A stretch of 64,000 nucleotides of DNA from Takakia lepidozioides. Lineage: Eukaryota; Plantae; Bryophyta. Where the stretch lies: assembly GCA_030704615.1 (NCBI GenBank), contig CM060731.1, positions 80,848,001 through 80,912,000 on the forward strand. Reading direction: 5' to 3'. The notes beneath the pieces were generated by a model. It made no database searches and had not been told where the DNA came from. It was given only the letters and a program-made list of their open reading frames with translations. Both the position numbers and the translations under genes were made by a program. The stretch's first letter is position 1. Every line of letters begins with the position of its first letter. This document shows positions 50,701 through 63,620 of this stretch, in pieces.

Positions 50701-53700
50701 CCAATAACTAGACCCCAAAAGGGCCTGGGCTTTGGCTCAGCCACAAGATCTTCGAAGTTGGTAAACAGAGGTACAGGAACAGTTTTCTTGATGGAATCGA
50801 AGAGGGTAAAGAGAGAGAGAGAGAGAAAGGAAGAAGCTTTAAAACTTACACAGAATCACGGAGCGAGAGAAAGAAATAAATAAGTAAGGTATCCTCACTT
50901 GCGAAACCATAAGAGCTACAACAAAGTTTCGAAGCTGCCGTTGCCGCAGCCGCTGCACCCGCAAGCTCACGAGCTCCCCTTCCTACCATACATATTCCAT
51001 CTCAGCATCAGCAAAAGTTTCCACATACACATGACACAACAGAATAACTAGTAGAATATTTTCAAGATGAACCAAATGCTTTCTGATGGAGCCACTCATG
51101 GGTTGCCTGTCAATCACAAGGTCTCCCAAGTGTTCCACACAATCTATTGAGTCGACTAGCCTTTTGTGCCAAAGTGTCCTAATCAGTAAGCCACAAAACC
51201 ACAAGTTCACTGAAAGGACTACTTCTGCGTTTGCCAGCACAGATCCAGCAGGAATCCAACTTAGTTTATTTTTATGCATCCGTGCAGATGAATGAGCCGT
51301 GCATTCAAGCATGGGGAAGTCTGCAAGTGAAGGGAAGAAAAGAAAGTGCACATCCACATCTTGACCAAAGGATACCTCGCCACAGTTCCAGCTGTTGTTG
51401 TGGCTTTCACCATCATTGTTCCCCTCACCATTGGCCACATTGTGTTTCTGGTTGTATGAAGCCAGATCTGCTAGTGAGAATCCATCATGTGCTGTGACAA
51501 AATTGATGCTGTGCCATGGTTTTCGGCCCCCTTCCTGCACCATGTAGTAGCACATCCATATTTGAGACCTCTAAAGGGGACCCACACAGCTAAGTAGTCT
51601 TCCACAACAAGTCAATTAACAAGCTGCAGAACTTCAATTCTCGGTTCATCTTTTGGTCACAGTTGATGCCACACTGTAGCCCGCCTTTGAAATGGTTGTG
51701 GAACCCCCACTCTGTTCCAATCTTCTCACTCATTTTTGTTCTTCTCTTTTTACTGTTCTGTCTGTAGTGTGCTTGGGACCTACATCCACATGGGCTACTG
51801 TAAGCAGAGTCCTCCACAAAATGCCCACTCGTGCAAAGACATACCTGGTATAAGTGTGGGGAGCCACACAGGCATTGAGCAAACAAGCCCGCAGTTCCAT
51901 CTGTGCCCTTCACAAAAAGACGCACTGCATCTCGGAACTGCACATCCGTGATGGGCACTTATGACTTCAACGAACCTTACACCTCCCCAATTCTAGAGGT
52001 TAGATACCTCCAAGAGAAAACCTGGAACCTCTTAGGCGCATCCAAGAATGTATTATTGGATCGGCTGCAGTACTGCATGTGATACGTCCAAACTCAAGCA
52101 AGACTTGTGCTAATTGCCTGCTCACTGCTCCAGCCATCAAACTAAAGGGATGGAGCAATTTGGTCCTTACCAAATCCTTGCACCTGTCACAGAGCTACAG
52201 ATTTTCACAGCAAAAAGTACCTGTCCATTCCACTCTGACCACACACCCCAGTGCGGAAAGCTACCCACTTGATAGAGGCCACCAGAGTCCCATGCCTCTG
52301 CAATAAGCTGCCATATCAAATACAGAACATCAGATACCAGATTAGTCCATTTGTCGCCAAGGCAGTTGTAGTTTCTTGACATACGTCATGCTCTTGGCAG
52401 CCTTTGTGCACAAGCCCATTTTGCACAAGTCTCAGAGGGAGAAAGAAAGTAACATCCATGCCCAAAAAGCTCATGAGGTGAGAGAGAGAGGCAGGTCAGA
52501 GAGACAAACACATCTCCAACTCCCCTTCCATTTTCATCTAATTCCAGTTTGAGAGGCTGTATCCGGATGTTGAAATCTGTTTTTCTATAAGCCCCTGCTA
52601 CATCTTCCACTCCCTCCCCCCATCAGCTGATATTTCCCACTCCCCAGCCCTAATTTTTCTACTTCGGCACAGCAATCTCAACAGTTGCAGTTGGCATACC
52701 TTAACCCCACGAAGTATAGGATCATTGCTCATCATGTCAATCAAGGGTGGTTCACTCAGAGGAGTGCCTGTGGTCACTGTGTCCCCCTCCACCTTCTCCA
52801 CAGTCCCAAAGACATTGGCCCGGTCCCACAAGCTGCAAGAGCCATAATTGTTTATCAGGTGAGGGAAGATCTGGTGTCTAGTCGTCCCAGCAGATTAACA
52901 CTTTACTTGACGGAAAGCAAAACCTGGGTTTCTTCCTTGCAATGAAATCAACCTCTTTGCATTCCTCAGAAATAACTGATCCAATCAAAAGGATCTAAGC
53001 CAATTTGTAATAAAGGCGAGAATGCATCCATTCAGTCATATGGACCAGATTTTAGTTTGTTTCTCACTCTACTTCTTTCCAATCTTTTGACACAGGAAAG
53101 TGTGGTCTTCAGACTCCAGGGGCCACATGATGAAGTCATTAGGAACTTGAAGGCCTCTACCTTTGGCCACCTTACAAACACCCCAATGTAGATCTTCCTA
53201 CAAAAATCACTCTAGTTTGACTAGAATGGTCAAGATATTCCTATGTATGCGGTTCCGCTGTTTGTCAGTATTGCAATTAGCATTTAGGTTCATGTGGGTT
53301 GATGGGTGTGCACATGTCATAAGCAATGTAAGCAATAAAAGAACAACACACAACCTGCTTGCTCGAGTCATGATGGAGGCCAGATCAAACCGGAATCCAT
53401 CGATGTGCATCTCTGTAACCCAGTACCTGCCACCACCCCCTTCTGTGTTGACATCACATCTCACATCACACTACTGGAGTGAGCCCCTCATAAAGGTAGT
53501 GTATGTTCCCTTTTGTTCAGCCCAAACTGGGCGTGCGGTCTGTGGCCGCCAAGTTATGGCAAACAACATCTCCTGGGTGCATTCTGTTGGCCTCACATCT
53601 TGACCAAACATGCTTTACCAAAAGGCTTCCACCTCTGACTTCAAAAACCCCCATAAATACCAAATTGAAGACAAAAGAGAGGGAGGATCCACCTAAGGCA

Positions 53701-56700
53701 GTCAACAATGAAGCGGCGCACAATGGGATGATTGCAGTTGAAGGTGTTCCCACAGCCAGAGTAGTTATAAAATTCCCCCTGCCCAGGAAGGTTCCCAGGT
53801 CAGTGAGAAAGTTAATCTGCGGGTATCGCGGTCTCTGGCGCCAGCTCCACTGGGTGTAGGTAATACAACTGTTCACTTGTCAGCATGTCATGCATGATTA
53901 CTATGTATGTTCTCACCAGTTCTGAGCTAAAAAAGTGTCAGGGATCATGAAGACCGACGATGGTCATATTGGACACATTGCTCAGCTTTGTTATTAAATA
54001 CTGGTTTTGGATTGGATTATGAGAGCACAGGACAAAATAAGATTGAAAAAGAGACTTTGCACTGGTGAAGTGTATGTGTGTTTCTATTCCTGTGAATGTG
54101 CACACCATTATCTCATTTTATTTCATGCTGGTGTCACAGACAGACAGAGATAGAAAGAACTCAAAATGTCCATGGGAGGCCCAAAGGGAAGAGGATACAA
54201 ACTTCATGTGTTTTTCTGCCCAACCGCCCTGCCAGGGTTAGCAATGCATGGCTTGCCAAGCTTGTGACCTCAGGTTTTCATTTGTGAAGTTAGATGTAGG
54301 GTGCTTACTCCTTCCTGGCAAAGAGAGTGGGAAGAAGGGTGTAGAAAATGTCTACCTTGGGGGCAATCATGTAGTAGACACGGTTGTCAAAACCTCTGAA
54401 AGAAATTGTTGGGCCCATTTCATTGCCTTCTGCAGTGTGATTGAATACAACATCCATTAAGACCTGCTCCCAGAGATCCAGTACATATATGGGTTCAGTC
54501 TTGGTTCATGTGTCTTCCTTCAAAGTAAAGCTATGTGAAGTCAAGAGCTGATGAATCTTGGGGAAGGGTATACACCATGACAGTTTTTATGGACGGAGTT
54601 CGCTAATTAGGAGCACTGAGACAGGGTGTGCAATTTCAAACCATTACATGCTCCCTGCCTGAGATCCTGACACATGAGATTAAAACCTAAATAATGGGTA
54701 ATTTGGTGGAACCAATAATGGAAAATGCTCACACTATGAAACAAAACTCAAAAGAAAGTCTCAAACAAGGTTAGACAGTGAGAACTGTGAGAGTATAAGA
54801 AAGAGGAATCCCACTGTAGACAAACAAAAACAAGGAATTGTTGCAATAGCCAACCTCGATACCAAGCTTGTGGGCCTCCCTTACAAGGGTCTTGAACTCA
54901 TTAATGGCATCACGGCCACAATTTTGAAGACCAGCTGCAGCATACCGCGTCATGGGGGAGAAGAAATTGATTGTTGAGTAACCCCAGAAATTCATCCTGT
55001 TTAAGCAAGAATGTACAACTATCAACCTCAAGGTACACCATAACGAAGCCTACACTTACATACCTGACAACAGTGGAATAGAATGCTATAATGTGTCTAA
55101 GACTTTGGAAAGACAGGACCTTGAGAGGTTGCAAGTGAAAAAATGAAAAGGTGCCCAAGAACATAGACTTACTTGTAGTCACCCATAACAGGGTTGTAGG
55201 CATAGTATTCCAACTCATTGAACTCATGGCTTGGCATTAGTTCGATTGCATTGATACCTAAGTCCTGCATGCCCATCCCGTCTCTAATTTACAACCTTAG
55301 TTTGGCCCTCTTGAGCTACTGATCCAGTGCTCTAGGTTCTCCTTCCTGCTCTTCAATAAGAGCACACCTGGCTTGAAGGGTGTAAGAAAAGCCTACCTCA
55401 CCTCCGGCAATTTGAATCAGCTTATAGCCATAAAAATAAGAGGATGTCTGCCAAAAGGCCCTTCACAGTCCCATCATGCATATCCAACCTCTTCCCAGCA
55501 GCCAAAAGGAGGGTGTTTTACATGTCCAAGTGCATATCAGAGCAGCCTACCACAGTAGAGAGGATTTAATACAAGCAACACACCTTCAGATGCGAGAGCT
55601 TTTCCACCAATCCAAGATAAGTTCCAGGATGCTCCACCTTACTTGAAGGATGGCGAGTGAATCCCCGGATGTGCATTTCATATATAACCAGATCCTTCTG
55701 ATGATGACCTGGTGGGAAGTCACCTTCCCAATCAAACTGCAACCCTCCACACCAGCTGGCACTAAGTTTGGGCTCCAAACTCACTTGAAGTACGTAGTCG
55801 TTGCACAAACACAAATTTACACTGAAATCCAAGATCAAGAAAACAGACTGCTGAGATTGTAGAATGTACAGCAAAGCCAAACTTAACTTAAGAAGGAAAG
55901 ATGCTTGAAATTGGACTAAGTGAAAAAAGTATGACTGGTACAAACTGTACCTCGTCATCTAAAACCGGGACCATACCAGCCATCTGAGGCCAACAGTTGC
56001 CACCAGGTCCCAACACTCCATATGTTCCTCGACTGATCACCGCCTACACTACCCCACCGTCAATCAACACCCACACATCCCCCCACATGTTACTTTTGAG
56101 GTGTATGGTACCTATAATACAGTTACTAGAATTTGCTGGCAATAGTTGTGGCCATCACTCTTCTACATGCACACACTGTGTTGAGGGTTGGGAGGGAGGG
56201 CAGGAGAGAGAAAAAACCCTCTGTCTGTCCCTTGCAAACATTGACTACGATGTACTAACCCTCCAGCAGCTGATTGTGGGGTTTCAAACCCCCAGGGTAC
56301 ATGAGACTAAGCCCACAATTGCACTCACACACAATGTTGGCCTGTCAATTTATGACATGATGCTAGAAGCAGTAGGTTGATTCCAGCAATGTTAACTGAA
56401 CCATTTACCTTGCAACACCTGACACATGTGGCTGTCATTCCACTGGCTGTAACACCCTGGAGCGTGAGGTAGAGAGACATGGAGAGAGAGAGAGTGAACA
56501 TGAAGAACCTCACCTTTGCATAAGGATCTACCAGAATGCGCTTCGGATCATAACAGGTTCCTTCTTTCAGGCTGAAGTGACCATTGACACGATATCCATA
56601 CAGTAAATTGGGTGTGATGTCTGGTAGAAAAATGTGCCAGATATCTCCAGTTCGATTGAACACTGGATGCAAAGGCACCTCCTTGCTGACATGACCCTGA

Positions 56701-57763
56701 AAGATAAGCACATCAACAATCATATAGCAAAATCTGGGAGAGGAATAGGTCCTCAGGGGATACTCATAAATTTGAAGTTGGAATCACATTTCCTCTGGTT
56801 TATCAAACTCTGCCTTGGGCCTTTGCGCTAAACTACTGCAAGCTTTCAAAAAGCCTCAAGTGGCCCTACTGTTATGGCAATTGGGGCGTGTATTTATAGC
56901 AATTTTAGGGGATCAATGTTGCTCGTAAACAGTAAGGTCATATACTTATCATTACATTTCCCATCCAGGAAAGTGGCAGAGTGTCACAGAGGAAGTTTGC
57001 ATCGTCCCTGTGGAATGGAGTTAACACCTAGAGTTCAAACGTGTGCATGTGCCCAGACTTCACCAATTCATCCAGGAGAATATAAAAAGTGGGACAGAGG
57101 ATATGTACCCGAGCATGTGTTAAACATTTCGCAATCCGTTATGCATTGCTACAAAGTGAGAGACCGACAAAGAGCGAGGTTGGGAGAAGGAGAGAGACAA
57201 AGAGGGAGGTAACAGAATCAAACCGTCTGCAAGTCAGCCTCCGTATACAGACACAGCGACACAGATAAAGCTCCACTGGAATGCACAGCGAAATTTACAC
57301 CTTCTTCGCACGCTGTGGCACCATAAGGTAAGGGCCGCCCGCGAAGGGGCGGCCCACAGATAAGGCCAGACCCTTCCTTGTACTCAGTCTCCGCATTAGC
57401 ACTATCCGAACTGATTCCAGCCACCCCACAGATAGTCCGCAGCACTGCAATCTCCTTTCCACACTTTCTTCTTCTTCTAATGGCATTCCCACCTTCATCT
57501 CTTTTCAACTGTACACACTCCTTTCCCTTCAAGACTCCACCCGCCTGTCTTCGCTCCGCTCTCCCATTACACAACACCACACATGATGCCGGGTTCCTGC
57601 TGCCACCAATAATTCCCGTGCTCGCTTTCGTGCACAAACCTCTTCCGGAAACAGCATTGCATGAATCTTTAACCGCATAAGATACATATTCACCAATTAC
57701 AATCACCCTACCTCTGCCTCCAATGCCTCCCAGCATACCGCTGCTCTCAATCCTTCTCAACAT
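47703..57763 (-). CDS. ISA1: Isoamylase 1 (GH13 starch debranching enzyme) with N-terminal extension (likely plastid transit peptide), 18 exons
   Basis: GT-AG exons: 57763-57224, 56696-56514, 56043-55951, 55736-55584, 55264-55173, 54996-54855, 54463-54356, 53778-53693, 53426-53355, 52832-52700, 52307-52221, 51937-51845, 51534-51376, 50982-50899, 49974-49894, 49478-49396, 48714-48597, 47966-47703. Motifs [26 protein letters not shown] and FVTAHDGF are intact. The choice of start ATG is inferred. Confidence 0.95.
50328..50810 (-). mobile_element. Three stacked 5'-truncated LINE 3' ends in an ISA1 intron
   Basis: GAATGTACTCA..AGACGTT..TTGTGGCCAT occurs at about 50328, 50390 and 50492. GTGCCCAGTAAAG is duplicated at 50378-50390 and 50474-50486. 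Confidence 0.8.
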
Positions 57764-58092
57764 CGCATCATCCCCGCTTCCTCCAAAGGCCAACGAAATC
57801 AAACCCTAGAAACTAGAAATGTTCACCGCATTTCTTGGCTGCTGCTACCAATTCTCTTCCTCGCAACCAAGAATCCACTAGTTCTTCGTATGGTACGGAA
57901 GCGGGCATTCGGAGCCACCGGTAGTACCAGTCGACCCGGCTGACTACAGCCGGTCGTCCGTCCCAACTGGACGACACGTGTTCGGACGTGGTGTAATTCT
58001 TTCTCCTCGTGCGAATAAAGGATGCCTAGAGCCGTAGGCCTAGTCACCGCCATGACTGTTCCACACCAATTCACTTTCAGTGAATGCTCATG

Positions 58093-60055
58093 TACCGTAC
58101 TTTACCTAGCTTACCGTCCCTTATAAACCGTTTAGGCATTTTTGCCCCTGATAATTATTAAAAACCAAACAAACTGCTTAGGCACGTTTCTCAAACCATT
58201 TCTCATATTACTTAAGGCATCTTCATGCTATAAGTTTTTTGAATTAGGCACATGAGAAGAGAAAACATTTATGATGAGATTATTTATGAGATCATGATGA
58301 TTAGCGAGCAGGATGAATATGATGACATTATCAAGGCCTTTCGAAGTTAGATGGAGCTCTCGCAAATAGGGTAGAAGCACAGTTCTCTTGACACATGTGC
58401 CCCATAGTGGCGTTCAAAGTGCGCCCATGGTGCAAGAAAGTATGCCCAGTTTTGGAACGAGTCAGCGCCATGATAGGCCAGCAAGCATACCCAAATGAAC
58501 TACAATACACCATTCGTGAAATCACTTAACACTCAAATTACCCTAGGTAGATGAACTTTACTGAAAATTGTTCCAACTACAAAATGTTGGGGCTCATCAA
58601 GAGCTTTCCAATGGTATCTTTATTTCCTAAAATGGTTAAAATGGTTAAAGTCCAAGGTACCAAATGATCAATATATCTTGTACACCGTGATGGGCCCACT
58701 TGTTTTACCCTTAGATTGCTATAGGTAGATGTCCTCTAATGAAAATTGCTCCAACTACAAAAAGATGGGCCACGTTAAGCGCATTCCAATGGTATTTTTG
58801 GTTTTTTTTTTGTTACCATCTCAGGTAGAAAAGATATTAATGAGATATGAATGAGTCATGATAGGAACAAGCTGTGCCATAGGCTGACATTGACATCCTC
58901 TTCTTCTATCCACTTTTAATAGCAGATAAAGTCAGAATCTCGTTTAACTTTCAACTAAGAAAAGTTGTGTTATCTTAAGAGCTTTCTGTTAAGATATTAC
59001 ATGATCTCATAGGTTAAAAGCACAAAAAGTTATTACATTTACCTTTTCCTGCGCCATGAAGAGTGCTTCTACCCTAGATTGGGATTTGTAGGAAGTTATT
59101 TATTTCCGCACGCATATATTTGTATTGATTTCAGGTTGAGCATGCTCATGCTCACACAAGCAAATATTAAGGATATTCCCTAGATGCCTTTTGAATATTC
59201 TCCAACGAAACTAAAATTGAGAAACTAAAAACTTTGCGAAACTTTTTTTAACTGCTCACATAGGCCCTCATAGCATCACTTAAGAAACAAGTAACAGCTA
59301 TACACGATAAACATGTTACCCTATAGGCGTGGGGTTTCCTCACGTTATGCGAACCGGATACCCCAAAAAACCCCATAAAAACAAAAATCGTGATTTTCAG
59401 TCCGGGTATCAGTTTAAGCCCTAGAAAAGTTATTTCGCACTGAGAAAATAAATCTGAAGGTACTCATATGCACCGTGCCTGTTAACATGTAATTCCTATG
59501 ACCGCGGTTTGAGAACATTTAACCGCTATGACCGCGGGTTGTGCTCACGCTGTGCTCCCCTATCAATTTTTGTTCAATGAAATTTTCATCTTATTACAAA
59601 CAACATAGATAAGAAGCTTGAAAGTTTTGCTGGAATTTTTAGGCATTAGGCACTTTCGTCCCATAATTTCCGTGCAATTAGGCCAAAATTTGAAAAATTC
59701 CCAAAACGTGTTAGGCACTTTCAATTTGAATTAATTATCGCCTAAATGGTTGATAAGGGACGGTATCAGGAACTTATGCGCCTAATAATTAATAGAAATG
59801 GAATAGTATTAGGCAGATTCGTTTTTATTATTTAGGCACCTCACCTAGGTAATTTCCAAACATACAGTCGACCCTATTGTTGAGGTAATTTTCTTTTAAG
59901 AAAAACATAATGGTTTTGAAAATAGATTTCAGCAATTAGGCACTTCTCAGGAAGTCTTTTCCAAGTTTTAGGCACATTTTCCAAAAAAGTTCTAAATTTA
60001 ATTAGGCACTTGATTTTGAATTAATTATTGCCTAGTAAGCTAGGTAAGTACGGTA
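58093..60055. mobile_element. Nested non-autonomous TA-flanked TIR elements (Tc1/mariner-pogo-like MITEs)
   Basis: Outer TIRs TACCGTACTTTACCTAGCTTA (58093) and TAAGCTAGGTAAGTACGGTA (ends 60055). Inner TIRs TACCGTCCCTTATAAACCGTTTAGGC (58112) and GCCTAAATGGTTGATAAGGGACGGTA (59740-59765), 24/26 match. Confidence 0.85.
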
Positions 60056-60278
60056 GCTCATATAGCGACGGTGAAAATCTAGCAGTTAAATTTCATTGTT
60101 TTTACTAATGCTGATAAAGGATAAAGTTTCCAGTGGATTTACAGAACCTACTGCTCAACAAACAGCCCATCGAGGGGCCAATGGACAGTTTGAAGGCACA
60201 TGTTGAAGCATTGAACCCAAGATCACCTAGGATATGCACAGGCAAGGCACAAATACCCAAACACTGGGCTAACGTCCT

Positions 60279-61180
60279 TGTCGTGACATACATATCGCTA
60301 CACAACTACATCATTGTCCAAAACCACACAACACATGTGCACACCAAACACTAGTCTATCACTAGTCCACCACTAATGCACCACTAGTCCACCACTAGGC
60401 TGTCACTAGCCACCACTAGTGCAGCCACTAGTCTAACCATTAGGCTGTCACTAGCCACCACTAGAGCAGCCACTAGTCCATCACTAGGCTACCACTAACC
60501 ACCACTAGTGCAGCCACTAGTCCACCACTAGGTTGCCACTAGCCACCACTAGTGTAGCCACTAGTCCATCACTAGGCTGTCACTAGTCCATCACAATGAT
60601 AAGGAAATGAATGATACAAGCACACAAGCTCTCTCAAACTCACATACTTGCACATGAAAACATCACTCATATATTAAGTCGAGCCAAGTGCACCACACGC
60701 CATGGGGAATCCACACTACGGCGTCATAGCTAGACGCGGTGAGGCTCAACTCGAGAAAGATGAGCCCACCGCGATCTGCCGTGAAGATAACAACGTCAGG
60801 TGCCCAAACATGTATTGGCCCGTGGATTGACACTTAGGTCAATCCCAAATGTCAATATATAAAAGCTAGTTATTTCCTAGCTAACTTCACACTAGTGGTA
60901 AAATAAGCTGACAACTGTCGTGCACATACATATCGCTACATAACTACATCGCTATCCAAAACTACACAACATATGTGCACACCAAACACTAGTTTATCAC
61001 TAGTGCACCACTAGTCCATCACTAGGCTGCCACTAGCCACCACTAGTGCTGCCACTAGTCCAACCACTAGGTTGTCACTAGTGCAGCCACTAGTGCAACC
61101 ACTAGCCACCACTAGTTCAACCATTAGGCTGCCACTAGCCACCACTAGTACAGCCACTAGTCCATCACAATCGCCCCCCT
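60279..61180 (-). mobile_element. 3' terminus of DNMT-gypsy copy 3: PPT-A1-GT-B-T-A2
   Basis: PPT AGGGGGGCGA (61180-61171), A1 61169-60916, GT 60915-60914, B 60913-60597, T 60596, A2 60595-60279. A contains a CCACTAG minisatellite. Confidence 0.9.
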
Positions 61181-61429
61181 AGCTGGCGCTTAGGTCACTC
61201 TAAGTCCAGATAACCACAAGATGTGATAGTGGCCATAGCCTCACTAAATCCTCCACCACTGTCTCTACTACACTCAAACTTGATAGATCAAGAGGCCGGG
61301 TACAAGAGTTGTCCCATCGTTAGTCGCCGTCTTGCAATCTGTGAACTTGAGCCTGAGATCTCGGGTATTGACTCCTATGAGCTTGGCCTCCCATGTCTTG
61401 TTAGCTGCCACTAGTCATATCCACTGCCA

Positions 61430-63620
61430 CTATCTTAAGCAGTGTGGACATAACCAATCTCCATTAGGAACCCTCTCAAGAGGTGGTGTCAAGCATGCCA
61501 TGTGCCAACCTCTTGAGCATCGATCAACACCAGCATAGTGGCGGCACCACGAGCATGCCCACATAGCATGCAACGCAATCCTGCAGGTACCACTGCAAGG
61601 TTGGGATCTATGTCATCTTGACCCTCCAGAATCAACACTCCTGAAGGCAACACCTCCCTGACCCTTAGAATCACAAGTCCTGTTGTGACATCCAAGGTCG
61701 TAGGCGCTGTCTGCTGCAGATACACATAGTCCCCAGGGTGGAAACGCCGAACACCTGGCCAATATTCCCCTCCACGTATACTGACATACCTCAATGTGTC
61801 TCGGTGTTGGGCAATAGCAAGATTCTCAAAAGAAATAAGCATGACTCTCTTGAACAACTCTGCCTGCTGGGCACATGCTTGTATCCACACATCCGGATCA
61901 TCAAGGTTAAGGACTACTGCAACCTCCCTGCAAATAGATACAGGCAAATCCGGCTCTCGGCCAAAGATAAGGAAATATGGTGAGAAGGAGGCAAGTGATG
62001 CTTGCTTGCTAAACCTGTAGCCCATGGCTAACCAAGGTACCTGAAGATCCCAATCTCCTAGGTGTCCCTTTTGCAAGCCATACTTGCGCAAACCCCTCTT
62101 CACTGTCTGAACCACTCTCTCTGCCAAGCCATCGGCCTCGGGATGATCCCGAGAAGTGGTACGGTGGTCTATCAAGGCTTTATCACACAAAGCCTGAAAC
62201 TCCCCCAAGAACTCTCTCCCTTGGTCCATGAGTTCCTCAGCTGGAGCACCGAATCGGCTAAGCACACGATCCAGGAATACATACGCAGCCCCTCACTAGC
62301 CTTGTCAGGCAATGGAACCAACTCAATCCACTTGGAAAAGTGTTCCACCATCGCCAACACATATCTGTGGTGGCGCATCGTCAGTGGCAACGGCCCTGCG
62401 AAGTCAAGACTCCACCTGTAGCCCAATCCCATGATGGGTAAATGATGCAATTGTGGTGTAGGGGCGTTGAATGAAACACACACCCTGTCACACACCATGC
62501 ACCTAGCCACAAATTGTTGCACTTCTGTGTGCATACCACGCCACCAATACTGCCCCTGCAAGTAGACTATGAGTGCGTCGCACTCCAAAATGCCCCAACT
62601 CCTCATGGGCATGCCGCACTAACCATGCACGCTGTGTTGGGTGAGGCACGATCCTCACCCGACCATCCTCCCACACTCGAAGCAGGTGTATCCCCTCCCA
62701 CTTGAACCTCTTGGCTCGTTGTAGGATCTGATCCATCTCCTTGGCATCACACTAGCTGCCGTGTCTCCAGTGCGGAGGTAGTCCAATACAACCGAATCCT
62801 CATGTATATCTCTGGCACCACCTGGCTCATCACTAGCCTCAGGGTCCTCAGACACGCCGTCTATAGTCATCCCTGTTGTAGGTCCAACCTGACCTCCCGA
62901 TGCCAAGATATACAAAAAGGCAGATGCATGCCATCGCAACACCATCTCCTCGTCCATCTCACCATGCCACTGAGCTCCAGTGTCATCCTGCTGGCTCGTG
63001 CATGGATTGCGACTCAATCCATCCGCATCCCTACTGACCAAACCTGGTTGATGCACAACCTGAAAGTCATACTCCTGGAGTATAAGTGCCCACCGTGCAA
63101 GTTTCCCCATAAACATGTCTAACTCCATCGACCACTTGAGTGGCTGGTGATCCATGACAAGGGTGAAGATATTGTCGTATAGATAGCACATGAAGTGTGT
63201 CACGGCCGACACTGCAGCTAAGCACTCAACTGCAACCTTAAGTCCAACAAATTTATAGGTAGAGGACGCGTCCCATGGTTGCTATGCCGCAACCTCATGA
63301 GCAGTACTCCCTGCCTAATCAGTCAATGACAAGGCCTCATCCTGCCCCATCATCTCATCCTTGAGGACCTCCTCAACCCGAGAAGAATCCCCAACCTCAT
63401 CCATCACAGCCGCCTTGGCTGCCAACTCCCTCTGATTCTCGAGCACCTCCCACGTGTGCCATGGATGTCTACACCTCGTGGTCCTCACCGGCTCGCCCCC
63501 ACTCACTGCCTGTACTGTCTCGGTAGGCAGAGAGACCATCAAGGGAAGTGCACTCCACACTCTACGTTGCTCAGCCATAGCCAAGCTGATAATCCAAGTC
63601 AAGCAATTGAGATCCATTTG
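61430..63620 (-). pseudogene. pol of DNMT-gypsy copy 3: DNMT tail, RT deleted, RNase H, integrase and PHD finger
   Basis: MDLNCLTWIISLAMAEQ (DNMT end). A deletion at about 63227 joins the equivalents of 9457 and 10511. Integrase has the HHCC finger, WSLDFAGP, DQGREF and ERVVQTVK. C-terminal C4HC3 PHD at 61572-61433, stop at 61430-61432. Confidence 0.92.

Noticed and set aside
60279-63620. DIRS/PAT/Ngaro tyrosine-recombinase element, suggested by the split repeats
   Set aside because: It encodes a protease and a DDE integrase with HHCC finger, has a PPT and a TSD, and no tyrosine recombinase motifs were seen.
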